Below are positions 47,701-57,800 of a stretch of 64,000 bases of DNA, in pieces. The position numbers and the translations under genes are program-made. The stretch is from Gemmatimonadales bacterium (GTDB lineage: Bacteria > Gemmatimonadota > Gemmatimonadetes > Gemmatimonadales > GWC2-71-9). The notes below the pieces were generated by a model. That model searched no databases, was not told the DNA's origin, and saw nothing but the letters and a program-made list of their open reading frames with translations. Where the stretch lies: assembly GCA_037189525.1 (NCBI GenBank), contig JBBCJC010000005.1, positions 576,001 to 640,000 of the forward strand, in the 5' to 3' direction. Within the stretch, counting starts at the first letter, position 1, and each line of letters begins with the position of its first letter.

Positions 47701-48295
47701 CTGGCGAGCGCTCGGCCGCGCCAACGTGGCCGTGAGCACCGGCCCGGCCGGCACCAGCGGGCTCGATGCCGACTACACCGAACTCGTGGCCGGCCTGGCG
47801 TACCGCCCGGTGCGCAACAACCGGGTCAACGCGCTGTTCCGGTATACCTATCTCTACGATCTGACCAGCCCGGACCAGCTCGGCCCGCGGCTCGAGCTCA
47901 ACCCGTATGCGCAGCGCAGTCACGTGCTTTCGGTCGACGCCATCGCGCGAGCGGCCCGCTGGATCTCGATCGGCGGCAAAGTCGGACACCGGCGCGGCGA
48001 GATCCGCGATCGCTCCTCCGACATTGCTCCGTGGATGTCCAGCTCTGCCTGGCTGGCCATTGCACGTGGCGACCTGCATGTCGTGAAGCAGTGGGACGTC
48101 GTGGGCGAACTTCGCCGGCTGTCCGTGACCGAAGCGAACGATGCGCGGTCGGGTGTACTGCTCGGCGTCTACCGGCAGGTGGGCACGAACCTGCGGGTTG
48201 GGCTTGGCTACAACTTCACCGATTACTCGGACGATCTGACCGATCTGCGTTATCGGAGCCGCGGCTGGTTCCTGAACCTGCTCGGCGTGCTATAA
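44723..48295 (+). CDS. Very large (~1190 aa) outer-membrane beta-barrel protein of unknown function
   Basis: ATGA overlap with the giant ORF; signal peptide; ~290-aa soluble N-region, then a long series of amphipathic strands ending GLGYNFTDYSDDLTDL..RSRGWFLNLLGVL. Confidence 0.8.
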   Translation: MNRHWDVTVWSALVLGLGTATIASPLAGQDRKPCPPAERPAGTPLPFRVTVDGEPRVRSDVMHDEDRTRCEDSALERANIQVRADLRERTPVLNLTAPRSALRNQPVMFTGYSNYAAWIARSELRILPAEGSTGAPPLAVAASTDPNTLQFRWTVQLPESIEQVRYVLRVYDREGRFDETAPKTLAIVDRIRTESDRESDERESLVGYGENHRSVINIPVVGAAITVNGDQFDAKARVTVFGRTVSVAENGRFAAREIMPVGTHTVTIMVEQDGARHELTRTVELPQRDWFHLAVADFTLGKNSVTGPAALVTGQDTRRYRGQQYLDGRLGFYLKGDLGSETVLTASADTREQPIEDLFSNFGARDPMALLRRLDVNYSYPVYGDDGVLIDDAPTQGKFHVRLERHDSHLMWGSFQTPVTGTDLVRFNRGLYGGELQLRALGSTQFGERRTRANVFAADPGTAGARDEFRATGGSLYYLRNQDVLLGSEQVMVEVRDRESGLVLESTTLVPTQDYELNALQGRVVLRAPLSSIAESHGLVRTGALSGNPVYLVVAYEHTPMGIRLDNFTTGGRVAQWVGDHVQLGLTGYKQDGLDLGQELLAGDVTLRYRPGTFVTVERARSEGRGTQAMRSIDGGFAFTPIASSATTASKANASRVEVGMDLAELSGGTSRGHVGLYWQDRGNGFSAPGQLSTEATRQGGSQLSIPLSDQVAVSAKADLREGDLSGSARSLEFGTDLGLSRNVLLQGGVRHERRETGLLGGSSALLSEVGQRTDLIGVLGYQPVDSLGAPRGYSVYGLLQGTVSRDDSRSTNDRYGVGGRLRLSDRVALSTEVTDGTGGMGGKVESEFQVSDRTSLYLNYLMDTDRADQGYRGRTGNLSAGGRVRYSEAVSLFAERRQQSSEAGPSGLIHAFGLDLAPSDRWSWGLKLEGGTIADPNYGDVDRKAASIFAGYATERLRWGGALEYRTEKTDQVAKRVSWLSRNNVGVQLSDGWRALGRANVAVSTGPAGTSGLDADYTELVAGLAYRPVRNNRVNALFRYTYLYDLTSPDQLGPRLELNPYAQRSHVLSVDAIARAARWISIGGKVGHRRGEIRDRSSDIAPWMSSSAWLAIARGDLHVVKQWDVVGELRRLSVTEANDARSGVLLGVYRQVGTNLRVGLGYNFTDYSDDLTDLRYRSRGWFLNLLGVL

Positions 48296-48930
48296 CGTTC
48301 TCTTGCCCCCTCGGTCGGGCCAGACCTGGCCGAGGGGGTGTTTGGAAGTGCTACCGCAAGTTCGTCCCGACGGATCGACGGACGATCTTCGGGTTCGACC
48401 TCCCCCTCCTCCCGTCGGCGCTCGGCCGGCGGTGTTGCAACGGCGATGACCTCGGAATCAGACAGCGCGCGTGCGACCATACCGAGCGTCTCGTACGCCT
48501 TCGTCTCTTCGGTCCGCACGTTTTCGAGCAGTGCAGCCTGTCCGGGAAAGCCCAGTTGCAGTGCCCGCGCATGTGCCGTCGCGTAACTCACGATTTTGTA
48601 TTGCGTGATCCGGAATGCGGACGCGGTCAGGCCGGCGTCCAGCACATCTCCTGAATAGTCGCCCATCAGCAGGTCACGGACCTCACCAATCAGACCGTCC
48701 ATTCCGGCGCAACGCTTGGCCTCCATGCTCACGTGGAGGCCCTCACACATCCATTCGAGGCGACGCGCATGAAAGCCGGCGTGCCTGCCGTGATTGGCGA
48801 GGGTCTGTCGAAGCATCGGCGCCGTTGCACTGCGTGCCATCTGCGACAAGACGACCGCCAGTTGTCTCTCGGCGTTCCGTAGGCCGCGAAGTTCGGCCCC
48901 ATACAGATCCCGAAGTGAAGCCCTTGGCAT
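48250..48930 (-). CDS. DUF892 / YciE-YciF ferritin-like protein, degenerate
   Basis: LRDLY..EL..L..AE.Q, C.GMDGLI.E, VLDAGL, Y.I.SY.T, EE; GGAGGA RBS; low-complexity tail overlaps the convergent gene. Confidence 0.7.
   Translation of the reverse strand: MPRASLRDLYGAELRGLRNAERQLAVVLSQMARSATAPMLRQTLANHGRHAGFHARRLEWMCEGLHVSMEAKRCAGMDGLIGEVRDLLMGDYSGDVLDAGLTASAFRITQYKIVSYATAHARALQLGFPGQAALLENVRTEETKAYETLGMVARALSDSEVIAVATPPAERRREEGEVEPEDRPSIRRDELAVALPNTPSARSGPTEGARERYSTPSRFRNQPRLR
48305..48343 (+). terminator. Probable intrinsic terminator of the adhesin-barrel operon
   Basis: GCCCCCTCGGTCGGG-ccaga-CCTGGCCGAGGGGGT followed by GTTT, 10 nt after the stop. Confidence 0.6.
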
Positions 48931-49053
48931 AAATCCTCCAGCGGGAGTGGGACAGTGGTTGCTCCATTTCGTTCGGATAAAAGGGGAGACGCCGAGGGCG
49001 CGCTTCGGGACACGATCCACCGCGCTAGATTTGACCACTCCATCCAGCCACCG

Positions 49054-52000
49054 ATGACCCGACTGTTCGAATCCACGAACCGTGCAGCCGTCCTGCTCAT
49101 GCTGTCACTCACGGCATTGACGGGCCGAGGCGACAGCCCGACAGAACCGGTGCGCCGCGTATTCTTCAAGGACAGCCGGGCAGAATTGGCCCTGGCGCAA
49201 GTGAGGGGTGACTCCACCGTATCCATAGTGATCGCCGCCCGGCCCCGGGGCGCGGGTACCGTCGCGCGTGCCATCACACGGTTGGGTGGATCGATCCGCT
49301 ACCGCGCCGACGATGTCGACTACCTTCGCATCCGCCTGCCAACCGACTCGGCCGAACGCGTGTTCGATATCGCGGAGGTCCAAACGGCGGACATCGATGT
49401 CGCTGGGGCCTGGTCTCGCCCGTTCCTGCAGAGTGCCGACCCCGACGAGACCGATTTCACGGCGGCACCCAATACTCCGGCAACCGGCAGCGATCCGATC
49501 AGCCGCCCCTACTCTCCTCTGGCGGACCTCGACGCAGCCGCCTTTCGCGCGCAGCATCCCAGCTACGATGGCCGCGGAGTGACGATTGCCGTACTCGATG
49601 GACATCCGGACCTGCTGCTACCCGAGTTCCACCAGGCGCGCAGGCTGGACGGCACTCCAACCCGCAAGGTCATTCGGTACATCGACGTCAGCGACCCGAC
49701 CGAGCCCGACGATGTCACGCCGCACTGGGTCGCCATGCAGCCGACAACGGCCGCCAGCGACTCGCTCGTGACCGCTCGCGGAACCTATCGGACACCGCGC
49801 GCCGGACAATTCCGATTCGGCGTGCTCGATGAAGAGCGCTTTACCGGCAACGGCCTCGATCTGAACCGAGACAGCAATCCCGCCGGCGCCAGCCGGGTCT
49901 TCGGCGTTCTCTGGCACCCGGGCTCGGGTAAAGTCTGGGTCGATACGGACCAGGACTTCGACTTCAGCGATGAAACGGCCCTGCGGGACTATGCCGTCGC
50001 GGGTGAGTTCGGGCTTCTCGGCCGCGACAAACCGGACACCCCGGTGCGGGAGTCGGTCGCGTTCGGTGTCCAGATCGATGCGCAGCGCGGCTACGTCGTG
50101 ATCAATCCCGGGATCTACGGCCACGGCACGATGGTGAGCGGCGCGGCCGTCGCCAACAAAGCGACGGGTGGCCGAGTCGATGGCGTGGCACCACAAGCGC
50201 AGCTTGCAGCAATCAAGTATGCCCACCGGACCTCCGGCTTGATCGAAGGATTGATCTATGCCTACCGTGATCCGGATATCGACCTGGTGGTCCTTCAGCA
50301 GAACGTGGTCATTGCGATACCGTACCTCCTCCAAGACGGCCGCTTTACGGCCAGCGTCATCGCCGAACGTCTGGTGGCCCGATACGGGAAAGCTCTGTTC
50401 GTGCCCGCCAGCAACGTCCCGGGTATGAGTACGACCAGTGAGCACGGCGTACCGGACGCCGCGATCTCGGTTGGCGCGTATCAAAGCGCCGAGAACTACC
50501 TGATCAATTCGGGAATCGTCACGGCGGCGCGCGACAACCTGCATTCGGTCGGATCGTACGGTCCGGGCGGCAACGGAGCCATGCAGCCGGACCTGCTGGC
50601 GCCTGCTGCAGTACCGACGGTCAACCCCGGTATCGAGACGCCCTCCCATCGGTTGGGCCTTTACGCACTCGACCCCGGATACGGCCTTTGCAGCGGGACA
50701 TCGTGCGCCACGCCGGTCGCCGCCGGGGCTGCTGCCCTCCTGCTGAGCGCCGCGAAGCAGAACGGATTCGCCGTCTCGGCGGAGTTGCTTCGTGAATCGC
50801 TCTACGCAACGACCCGGACCTTACCGGGGATACCTATCTACCAGCAGGGCCGCGGGCTGCTCCAGGTGGGCGCTGCGTGGGAAGCGCTCCAGCAACTCGT
50901 CCGCGATGGTCCCCCACCGGTCATCGTCAGCTCCGGATCGGTTCGCACCAGGCTGAGCGACTGGCTCGAACAGCCCGGGGTCGGCACCGGCATCTACGAA
51001 CGAGAAGGCTGGCGCGCAGGACAGCGGGCGGAACGCTCGGTGACGTTGACTCGGATGACCGGTCCGCGCGAGCCGATTGCCTATGAGGTCGGCTGGACCA
51101 GTCACGACAGTACCTTCACCAGCCCGCCGCGGATCGAACTTCCGCTTCGGCGTCCGACGACCCTCCCCGTCAGCATCGCCCCGACGCACACCGGCGCCCA
51201 TTCGGCGACTCTGACGCTGCGCAACCCCGCCTATCCCGGACGACGCCAGCAGATGATGGCCGTAACGGTTGTCGCGCATCGCTTCGAGGTAACCAACGGT
51301 TATACCGCGGCCGACACCTTGCGTATTCCCCGCCCGGGCCGAGGAAGCATGTTCATCGAGGTTCCCGAGGGCACGAGGGCGCTCCGGGTGGGGCTCGACG
51401 CGACCGGCATCGTCCAGCTCGGACTGCGTCGGCCGGACGGACGCCAGGAACTGGGTTCGGAACCGAAGGCATCCGGTGCCCAGTCTCGGGTCGTACCCGA
51501 CCCGATGCCCGGGGTCTGGGAAGCGATCGTGACCGCCGTTCACGAGGTGGGCACCTACGCTCCGGACTATCCTCAGCCGCTGACCCCGATTTCCGCAATC
51601 CTCCGCGCTACCGTCTATCGCGTCGACGTGACGGGTGAGAGTCTCGCGGCAAGCAGCAGCATTGGCATGGGGCATCTGACTGCCATCAATCGCGGTGCAT
51701 CGTTCTCCGGGGCTGCGACCACGACATCGTTAGGCAGCGCCCGCCACCTGGAACGCGACATCGCGGCCCGGGAACAACACCGCTACGACATCGACGTCCC
51801 CCGTGGAGCCGCGGAACTGTTCATCGCCGCGGAAGGCGACTCCGAAGACGACCTCGACCTCTATCTCTTCGACTGCACCGGGCAGGCCCCCGCCCCATGC
51901 GTACCTGCCGGTGCGGCGGCCCATCCGGCGCGGGGAGACCGGCTGAGTTATCGCACCCCGGCGCCCGGACGATGGGCCGTCGTCGTCGATGCCGCCCGAT

Positions 52001-52326
52001 TGAGCGGACCCCGGACTCGCTATCGGTATCTCGATGTCATCATGAATCCCGCCCTCGGAGCCACCGCGGCCGCCGATGCCGACACCGTGCGACCGGCAGG
52101 CGCCAGCTGGCGTGTGCCGGTATCTGCCTGGCTCGCGGCGGATCCCGCCGGCGGACGCGTGCCGGTGGCCGTCCTCCAGGTCGCGAGCGATAGTGCGCTA
52201 ACCCATCATCAGCGTACCACCAGCCTCGAATTGATCGGTCCGAAGGTCAACGCAATTCTGGGTCGCACCATCATCGACGTGCGACAGGGCAGCACGCTTC
52301 TGCCCGAGCGTTCGACTCAAAACTGA
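49054..52326 (+). CDS. Large secreted S8 family serine peptidase (TPP-II-like insertion)
   Basis: YDGRGVTIAVLD (Asp), HGTMVSG (His), GTSCATP (Ser), GVAPQAQL, QGRGL, GIYEREGW; PPC-like C-terminal domains. Confidence 0.85.
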   Translation: MTRLFESTNRAAVLLMLSLTALTGRGDSPTEPVRRVFFKDSRAELALAQVRGDSTVSIVIAARPRGAGTVARAITRLGGSIRYRADDVDYLRIRLPTDSAERVFDIAEVQTADIDVAGAWSRPFLQSADPDETDFTAAPNTPATGSDPISRPYSPLADLDAAAFRAQHPSYDGRGVTIAVLDGHPDLLLPEFHQARRLDGTPTRKVIRYIDVSDPTEPDDVTPHWVAMQPTTAASDSLVTARGTYRTPRAGQFRFGVLDEERFTGNGLDLNRDSNPAGASRVFGVLWHPGSGKVWVDTDQDFDFSDETALRDYAVAGEFGLLGRDKPDTPVRESVAFGVQIDAQRGYVVINPGIYGHGTMVSGAAVANKATGGRVDGVAPQAQLAAIKYAHRTSGLIEGLIYAYRDPDIDLVVLQQNVVIAIPYLLQDGRFTASVIAERLVARYGKALFVPASNVPGMSTTSEHGVPDAAISVGAYQSAENYLINSGIVTAARDNLHSVGSYGPGGNGAMQPDLLAPAAVPTVNPGIETPSHRLGLYALDPGYGLCSGTSCATPVAAGAAALLLSAAKQNGFAVSAELLRESLYATTRTLPGIPIYQQGRGLLQVGAAWEALQQLVRDGPPPVIVSSGSVRTRLSDWLEQPGVGTGIYEREGWRAGQRAERSVTLTRMTGPREPIAYEVGWTSHDSTFTSPPRIELPLRRPTTLPVSIAPTHTGAHSATLTLRNPAYPGRRQQMMAVTVVAHRFEVTNGYTAADTLRIPRPGRGSMFIEVPEGTRALRVGLDATGIVQLGLRRPDGRQELGSEPKASGAQSRVVPDPMPGVWEAIVTAVHEVGTYAPDYPQPLTPISAILRATVYRVDVTGESLAASSSIGMGHLTAINRGASFSGAATTTSLGSARHLERDIAAREQHRYDIDVPRGAAELFIAAEGDSEDDLDLYLFDCTGQAPAPCVPAGAAAHPARGDRLSYRTPAPGRWAVVVDAARLSGPRTRYRYLDVIMNPALGATAAADADTVRPAGASWRVPVSAWLAADPAGGRVPVAVLQVASDSALTHHQRTTSLELIGPKVNAILGRTIIDVRQGSTLLPERSTQN

Positions 52327-52364
52327 CGGATTGCGCCTGGCCGATTTGGCCGCATATTGGGCAG

Positions 52365-53906
52365 ATGACTGCTCCCGCCCAGCCGGCGACGCGCCTCGAT
52401 CGCGCCCTCGCCACCATCGAGCGAATCGGCAACAAGCTCCCCGACCCTGCGCTGCTCTTCGTGATCCTGATGGTCATCGCCTGGATTACGTCGGCACTGC
52501 TCGCATCGGTATCGTTCTCTGAGGTCGATCCGCGCACCGGCCAACCGATCACCATCATCAATCAGCTGACCGGTACGTCGATGGCCAAGTTCTTCTCGAA
52601 CATGGTCACCACGTTTACCGGATTCCATCCGCTGGGTGTCGTGCTGGTTGCTCTGCTGGGCGTCGGCGTCGCCGAGTACTCCGGGTTCATCAACGCCGGG
52701 CTCAAGTCGCTCCTCAGGGTGACCACACCCAAGCTCCTCACGCCGCTCACGATTTTCGTCGCGACGCTGAGCCATACGGCTGCCGATGCGGGATACGTGC
52801 TGGTGATTCCCCTGGGCGCCGTCATGTTTGCCGCCGCGGGGCGCCATCCGGTCGTCGGTATCGCCGCCGCCTTCGCAGGAGTGTCCGGCGGGTTCAGCGC
52901 CAACATCCTCCCCTCGGCGATCGATCCGCTGCTGCAGGGTCTGACCCAGTCGGCTGCGCAGATGATCGATCCCAGCCGCACAGTCAACCCGCTCAACAAC
53001 TGGTACTTCCTGATTGCGTCGACGGTGCTGATCGTGCTGGTCGGGTGGTTCGTTACCGATCGCGTCATCGAGCCCCGGTTGCGCTCGGTCGCGGTCGATG
53101 GCGGCGGCGATTCGATGCCGAAGCTGGAGCCGCTCAGCGAATCGGAGCGCCGTGGGCTCCGCGCAGGTACCGTCGCCATGCTGGCCGGGGTCGCGCTGCT
53201 CACCTGGATGTCCTGGCCCGACGACTCGGCGCTACGCTCCCCGTCGGGAGCGCTGACGACGGCCGACGCGCCACTGATGCAGTCGATCGTCCCCCTGATT
53301 TTTCTGCTCTTCCTGATTCCCGGCGTGATCCACGGCTACGCCGCCGGAACCATCACATCCCATCGTGACGTGATCAACGCCATGAGCAAGGCGATGAGCA
53401 CGATGGGACATTACATCGTGATCGCCTTCTTCGCTTCGCTCTTCATTGCGGCATTCGGCCAGTCGAATCTGGGCGCGCTGATTGCGATCAAGGGCGCCAA
53501 CACGCTCGAAGCGATGGCCATGCCCGCACAGATCACGATCATCGGGATCATCCTTATCACGATGGTGATCGATCTGGTGATCGGCTCCGCCTCGGCCAAG
53601 TGGGCCCTGCTGGCGCCGATCTTCGTCCCAATGCTGATGCAGCTCGGGATCTCGCCCGACCTGACCCAGGCGGCATACCGGGTGGGAGACTCGTCGGCCA
53701 ACATCATCACCCCGATGATGCCGTACTTCCCGCTGGTCGTGGTCTACGTCCAGAAATACGTATCGGGAGCCGGGATCGGCACTCTGGTGTCGACCATGCT
53801 CCCGTATACGGTGACCTTCATCATTACCTGGACGATTCTGCTGCTGGTGTTCTGGGGCCTCGACATCCCGCTCGGTCTGCAGGCCACCTATCACCTGACG
53901 CCCTGA
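52365..53906 (+). CDS. AbgT family transporter
   Basis: IERIGNKLPDP, F.PLGVVLVALLGVGVAE.SG, AAFAGVSGGFSAN, GSASAKW, YRVGDS..NIITP..PYF. Confidence 0.93.
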   Translation: MTAPAQPATRLDRALATIERIGNKLPDPALLFVILMVIAWITSALLASVSFSEVDPRTGQPITIINQLTGTSMAKFFSNMVTTFTGFHPLGVVLVALLGVGVAEYSGFINAGLKSLLRVTTPKLLTPLTIFVATLSHTAADAGYVLVIPLGAVMFAAAGRHPVVGIAAAFAGVSGGFSANILPSAIDPLLQGLTQSAAQMIDPSRTVNPLNNWYFLIASTVLIVLVGWFVTDRVIEPRLRSVAVDGGGDSMPKLEPLSESERRGLRAGTVAMLAGVALLTWMSWPDDSALRSPSGALTTADAPLMQSIVPLIFLLFLIPGVIHGYAAGTITSHRDVINAMSKAMSTMGHYIVIAFFASLFIAAFGQSNLGALIAIKGANTLEAMAMPAQITIIGIILITMVIDLVIGSASAKWALLAPIFVPMLMQLGISPDLTQAAYRVGDSSANIITPMMPYFPLVVVYVQKYVSGAGIGTLVSTMLPYTVTFIITWTILLLVFWGLDIPLGLQATYHLTP

Positions 53907-53910
53907 CCGA

Positions 53911-54681
53911 TCAGCCCCCCGCCATCCGGGCGCGGACCTCGGTCGCGAAGTGCTCGGCGAGACGCTCCACCACCGTCCCGCCGAGCGCCGCGGTGGCGCC
54001 GCGCGGATCGCCGAGAATCCCGTTAGGCGTGAGCGCCTTGAGGCCGCGGCGGAACAGCTCGTCGGTATCGATCCGCCCCATCAGCCCCGGCTCATAACGA
54101 TCGACCTCCACCAGCGTCGGATGCCGATGCAACAGAACCGACGTTTCCGTGACGTCGGCATGAATGGCGTCCACATCCTGACGGAGCCCGTGCTCGGCGG
54201 CCGCGTCGTTCATCACCCGCATGATGTCGAGCAAGCCCTGTCGCCCGCCGAACGAGATGATCCGGATGCCCTTGGGAGCAAACTCGGCTTCGAGCTGCTG
54301 AGCGGCGCGCTCGAGGGGAGCGAAGTTACCCCCGTGGGCCGACAGCAGCACGAAGGTATCGAATCCGTGCGGGGCAAGCGAGCGGACGATCGCCACGACG
54401 GTGTCGATGAACACCGGCTCGGGAATCGACAGGCTTCCGGGAAAAGCCAGATGGTGATCCGAACATCCGGGCCGGACGACCGGTGCCATGATCGCGTTAC
54501 CCAACTTATGCGCCAAGCGCTCCCCGACCGCCTGACCGATGGCTGCGTCGGTCATGGTCGGCAGATGCGGCCCGTGCTGCTCGGTCGACCCGGTCATCAC
54601 CAGCGCGGTCCGCACGCCGGATGTGATCGCGGCCTCGACGTCAGTCCAGGTCAGATCCTCCAGCAACACCGATTTCAGCAC
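53911..54681 (-). CDS. Creatininase family protein
   Basis: GSTEQHGPHLP..TD, GCSDHH..FPGSL, SAHGGN, HAD..ETS, NGILGDP. Confidence 0.92.
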   Translation of the reverse strand: MLKSVLLEDLTWTDVEAAITSGVRTALVMTGSTEQHGPHLPTMTDAAIGQAVGERLAHKLGNAIMAPVVRPGCSDHHLAFPGSLSIPEPVFIDTVVAIVRSLAPHGFDTFVLLSAHGGNFAPLERAAQQLEAEFAPKGIRIISFGGRQGLLDIMRVMNDAAAEHGLRQDVDAIHADVTETSVLLHRHPTLVEVDRYEPGLMGRIDTDELFRRGLKALTPNGILGDPRGATAALGGTVVERLAEHFATEVRARMAGG

Positions 54682-54852
54682 TATTAGTCTCCTCGCGTAG
54701 TCTGATCAGGGTGACACGGCCCGCCGAAGGTGTACGGCAGCCCGGAGCATAGTATCGCGATGGGCGCCATCAGTCCACGTGCCCTCGCCGCTGGTATCCC
54801 TTACCTTCCACCCGGAGCAGAGCACTCTTTCGTCCCTCACACCGAACAGCCC

Positions 54853-57800
54853 ATGTCCCTGCCTTTCCTTCGCGTCCTCTTTCCCTCGGCTGTCGCCGTT
54901 CTGAGCCTGTATGGTACGGCAACCGCTCAGAGCGCGGCACAGAATGACAGCGCAGCCAAGGCGGCCACCGCTGCCAAAGGCTTGCCGCTGATCTCGACCC
55001 GCACACTGTCCTTTACGACGACCGAGGGATCCTGGCTGTCGATCGACATCGATCCGACCGGACGCACCCTCGTATTCGATCTGCTGGGCGATCTCTACAC
55101 GCTGCCGATCGCCGGCGGAACCGCAACCCGGATTACGAGCGGGTTTCCATACGACATGCAGGCGCGCTTCTCGCCCGACGGCAAATCGATCGTCTTCGTG
55201 AGCGATCGGGATGGCGCCGAGAATATCTGGGTCGCGGACGCCGACGGCGGAAACCCGCGCGCCATCACCACGACGGAGCGCGAGAACTACGTTTCGCCCA
55301 CCTGGGCACCCGACGGCCAGTACATCGTCGCGACCAAAGGCAACAACCTCTGGATCTGGCACAAGGACGGTGGTTCGGGAGTGCAGATGACCGGGCAGGC
55401 CCGTCCTGGCACGCCGCCCGCCCCGCCGCAGAGTCTCTACATCGGCGCGGCCTTCGGAGCCGATCCTGCCACGCTCTGGGTCAACGTCCGCGGCACACCA
55501 ACGCCGTCACTCGCGAGTGCGGTCCATCATGGTCACACCGACGGCGACCATGATACGCGAAGCACGTCCCGCGAAGTCGGTGCAATCCAGATCGCAGAGC
55601 TCGAACGAAGCACCGGACGGATCCGAATTCGCACCCATGAGCACGAAGGCGCCTTTCGTGCCGTGCCCAGCCCGGACGGCAAATGGCTGGTGTACGCTAC
55701 CCGGTTCGACGGTCGCTCGGCACTCAAGCTGCTCGATCTGACCACCGGCGAAGATCGCTGGCTCGTCATGGACGTTCAGCGTGACGACTACCAGGGCGGC
55801 GGCAGCCGCGATCGCGATCTCTACCCGGGGTCGGCATTTACTCCGGACTCCCGCGCCCTCATCACCAGCTATGGTGGCCAGATCCGTCGCATCGAGATCC
55901 CCTCGGGCCAGGTCAGCACGATTCCGTTCAGCGCCAGCGTGGATCAACCGCTTGGTCCGCTGGTCAAGTTCGAATATCCGATCAACGACTCGGTCCTGAC
56001 GGTCACGCAGATTCGCGGCGCCCGGCCGTCGCCGGACGGCAAGCGGCTCGCTTTCACGGCGCTCGACCGGCTCTGGATTGCGGACCTTCCGGCAAGCCCC
56101 GGCGGGCCGGGCAACGTGACGCGCACCCCGCCGGTGATCTGGAATGCCCGTCGCCTGACCGATGCCCAGGTCGTCGAACACGGCCCGGTCTGGTCGCCGG
56201 ATGGTCGCTATCTGGCGTATGTGACCTGGGACGATTCGGTTGGCGGGCAGATTCAGCGGATTCGCACCGACGGTCGCGCCACGCCCGAGCCGCTGACTCA
56301 CGCGCCCGCGTTCTATGACAAGCTCGCTTACACCAAGGACGGATCTCGCCTGCTTGCCGTTCGCGGCTCGAAGCAGCATCGGATGCGGACACTCGAAGAT
56401 TTCGGCAACCATGGATCGGCGGCCGAAATCGAATACGTCTGGCTGCCGGCCACCGGCGGCGAACCCACCCGGATCCGCTGGGCAGGCGGTGGTGTCACCC
56501 CGACCCGTGGCGTGCCGCACGTCGGCCCCGATACCTCGCGGGTATATGTCTGGACCGGCAGCGACGGGCTGGTGTCGATGCGGATGGATGGCAGCGACAG
56601 CCGCACGCTGCTCAAGGTGACCGGAGCATCGAGCCCGAGTTTCCAGGGCACTATGACCCCGTCCATTCCCGAAGAGGTCGTGCTCTCGCCCGATGGCCGT
56701 CGCGCGCTGGTCACGGTGCGCACCAATGTCTATATGATCACGGTTCCGCCGGTCGGTGGCGACGTCCCGCCTACCGTCTCCGTGGTGTTGCCGTCGACGG
56801 TACCGCTCTGGCGTCTGACCCGGGTCGGCGGAGAGTTTGCCGGCTGGAACCATGACGGCAGCCAGGCACACTACTCGATCGGACGGAGTTTCTTCCGATA
56901 CGATCTCGCGTTAGGCGATTCCCTGGTCCGCGACTCCGTCAGCCGCGCTCGCCCTCGGCCGGGAGCTGCCCGACCCGATTCGGCTCGGGCCGACTCCACG
57001 CAGAAGAGTGGCCAGGTCACCTTTGCGTACGAAGCGGGTCGAGTCGACATCGAGATCGTGGTCCCAAAGGATCGGCCGCGCGGCGTTGTGGCGCTCCGCG
57101 GCGCCCGGATCGTCACCATGAAAGGCGACGAGGTGATCCCGTCGGGTGACATCGTGGTCACCAACAATCGCATTACCGCGGTGGGGCCGACCGGCAGCGT
57201 CACGATTCCAGGGGACGCCCGCATCATCGACGTCGCCGGCAAGACGATTCTGCCCGGCTATGTCGACATCCATGCGCACAACTGGATGGCGTGGGGCGTC
57301 CACCGGACGCAGATCGCCCAGTTCCTGCCGCAACTGGCATACGGCATCACGACCCAGCGCGACCCGCAGACCATGGAAACCGATATCCTGACCTACTCGG
57401 ATCGGATGGAGATCGGCGAGTTGCTGGGGCCCCGCCTCTTTTCCACCGGCCCGGGTGTCTTTTCGTGGGACAACATCAAGAGCCTGGCCGATGCCCGCGA
57501 CGTGCTGCGCCGCTACGCCGACCACTACGGCACCCAGACCATCAAGCAGTACATGGCCGGCGACCGCAAGGTGCGCCAGTGGGTCATCATGGCCGCTCGC
57601 GAACTCGGCCTCACGCCGACCACCGAGGGCGGGATCAACTTCACCATGAACCTGACGCTGATGCAGGACGGCTATCCCGGCCTGGAGCACAACCTGCCGA
57701 TCAGCCCGTTCTATCGCGACGTGGTCGAGCTGCACCGCACCAGCGGACTGTTCTACACCCCGACCCTGATCGTCAGCTACGGCGGACCGATCGGGCGCAA

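Noticed and set aside
44753..48079. 1108-aa ORF on the minus strand
   Set aside because: Antisense shadow of the barrel gene with no recognisable domain. The same applies to the many other overlapping ORFs in the track.
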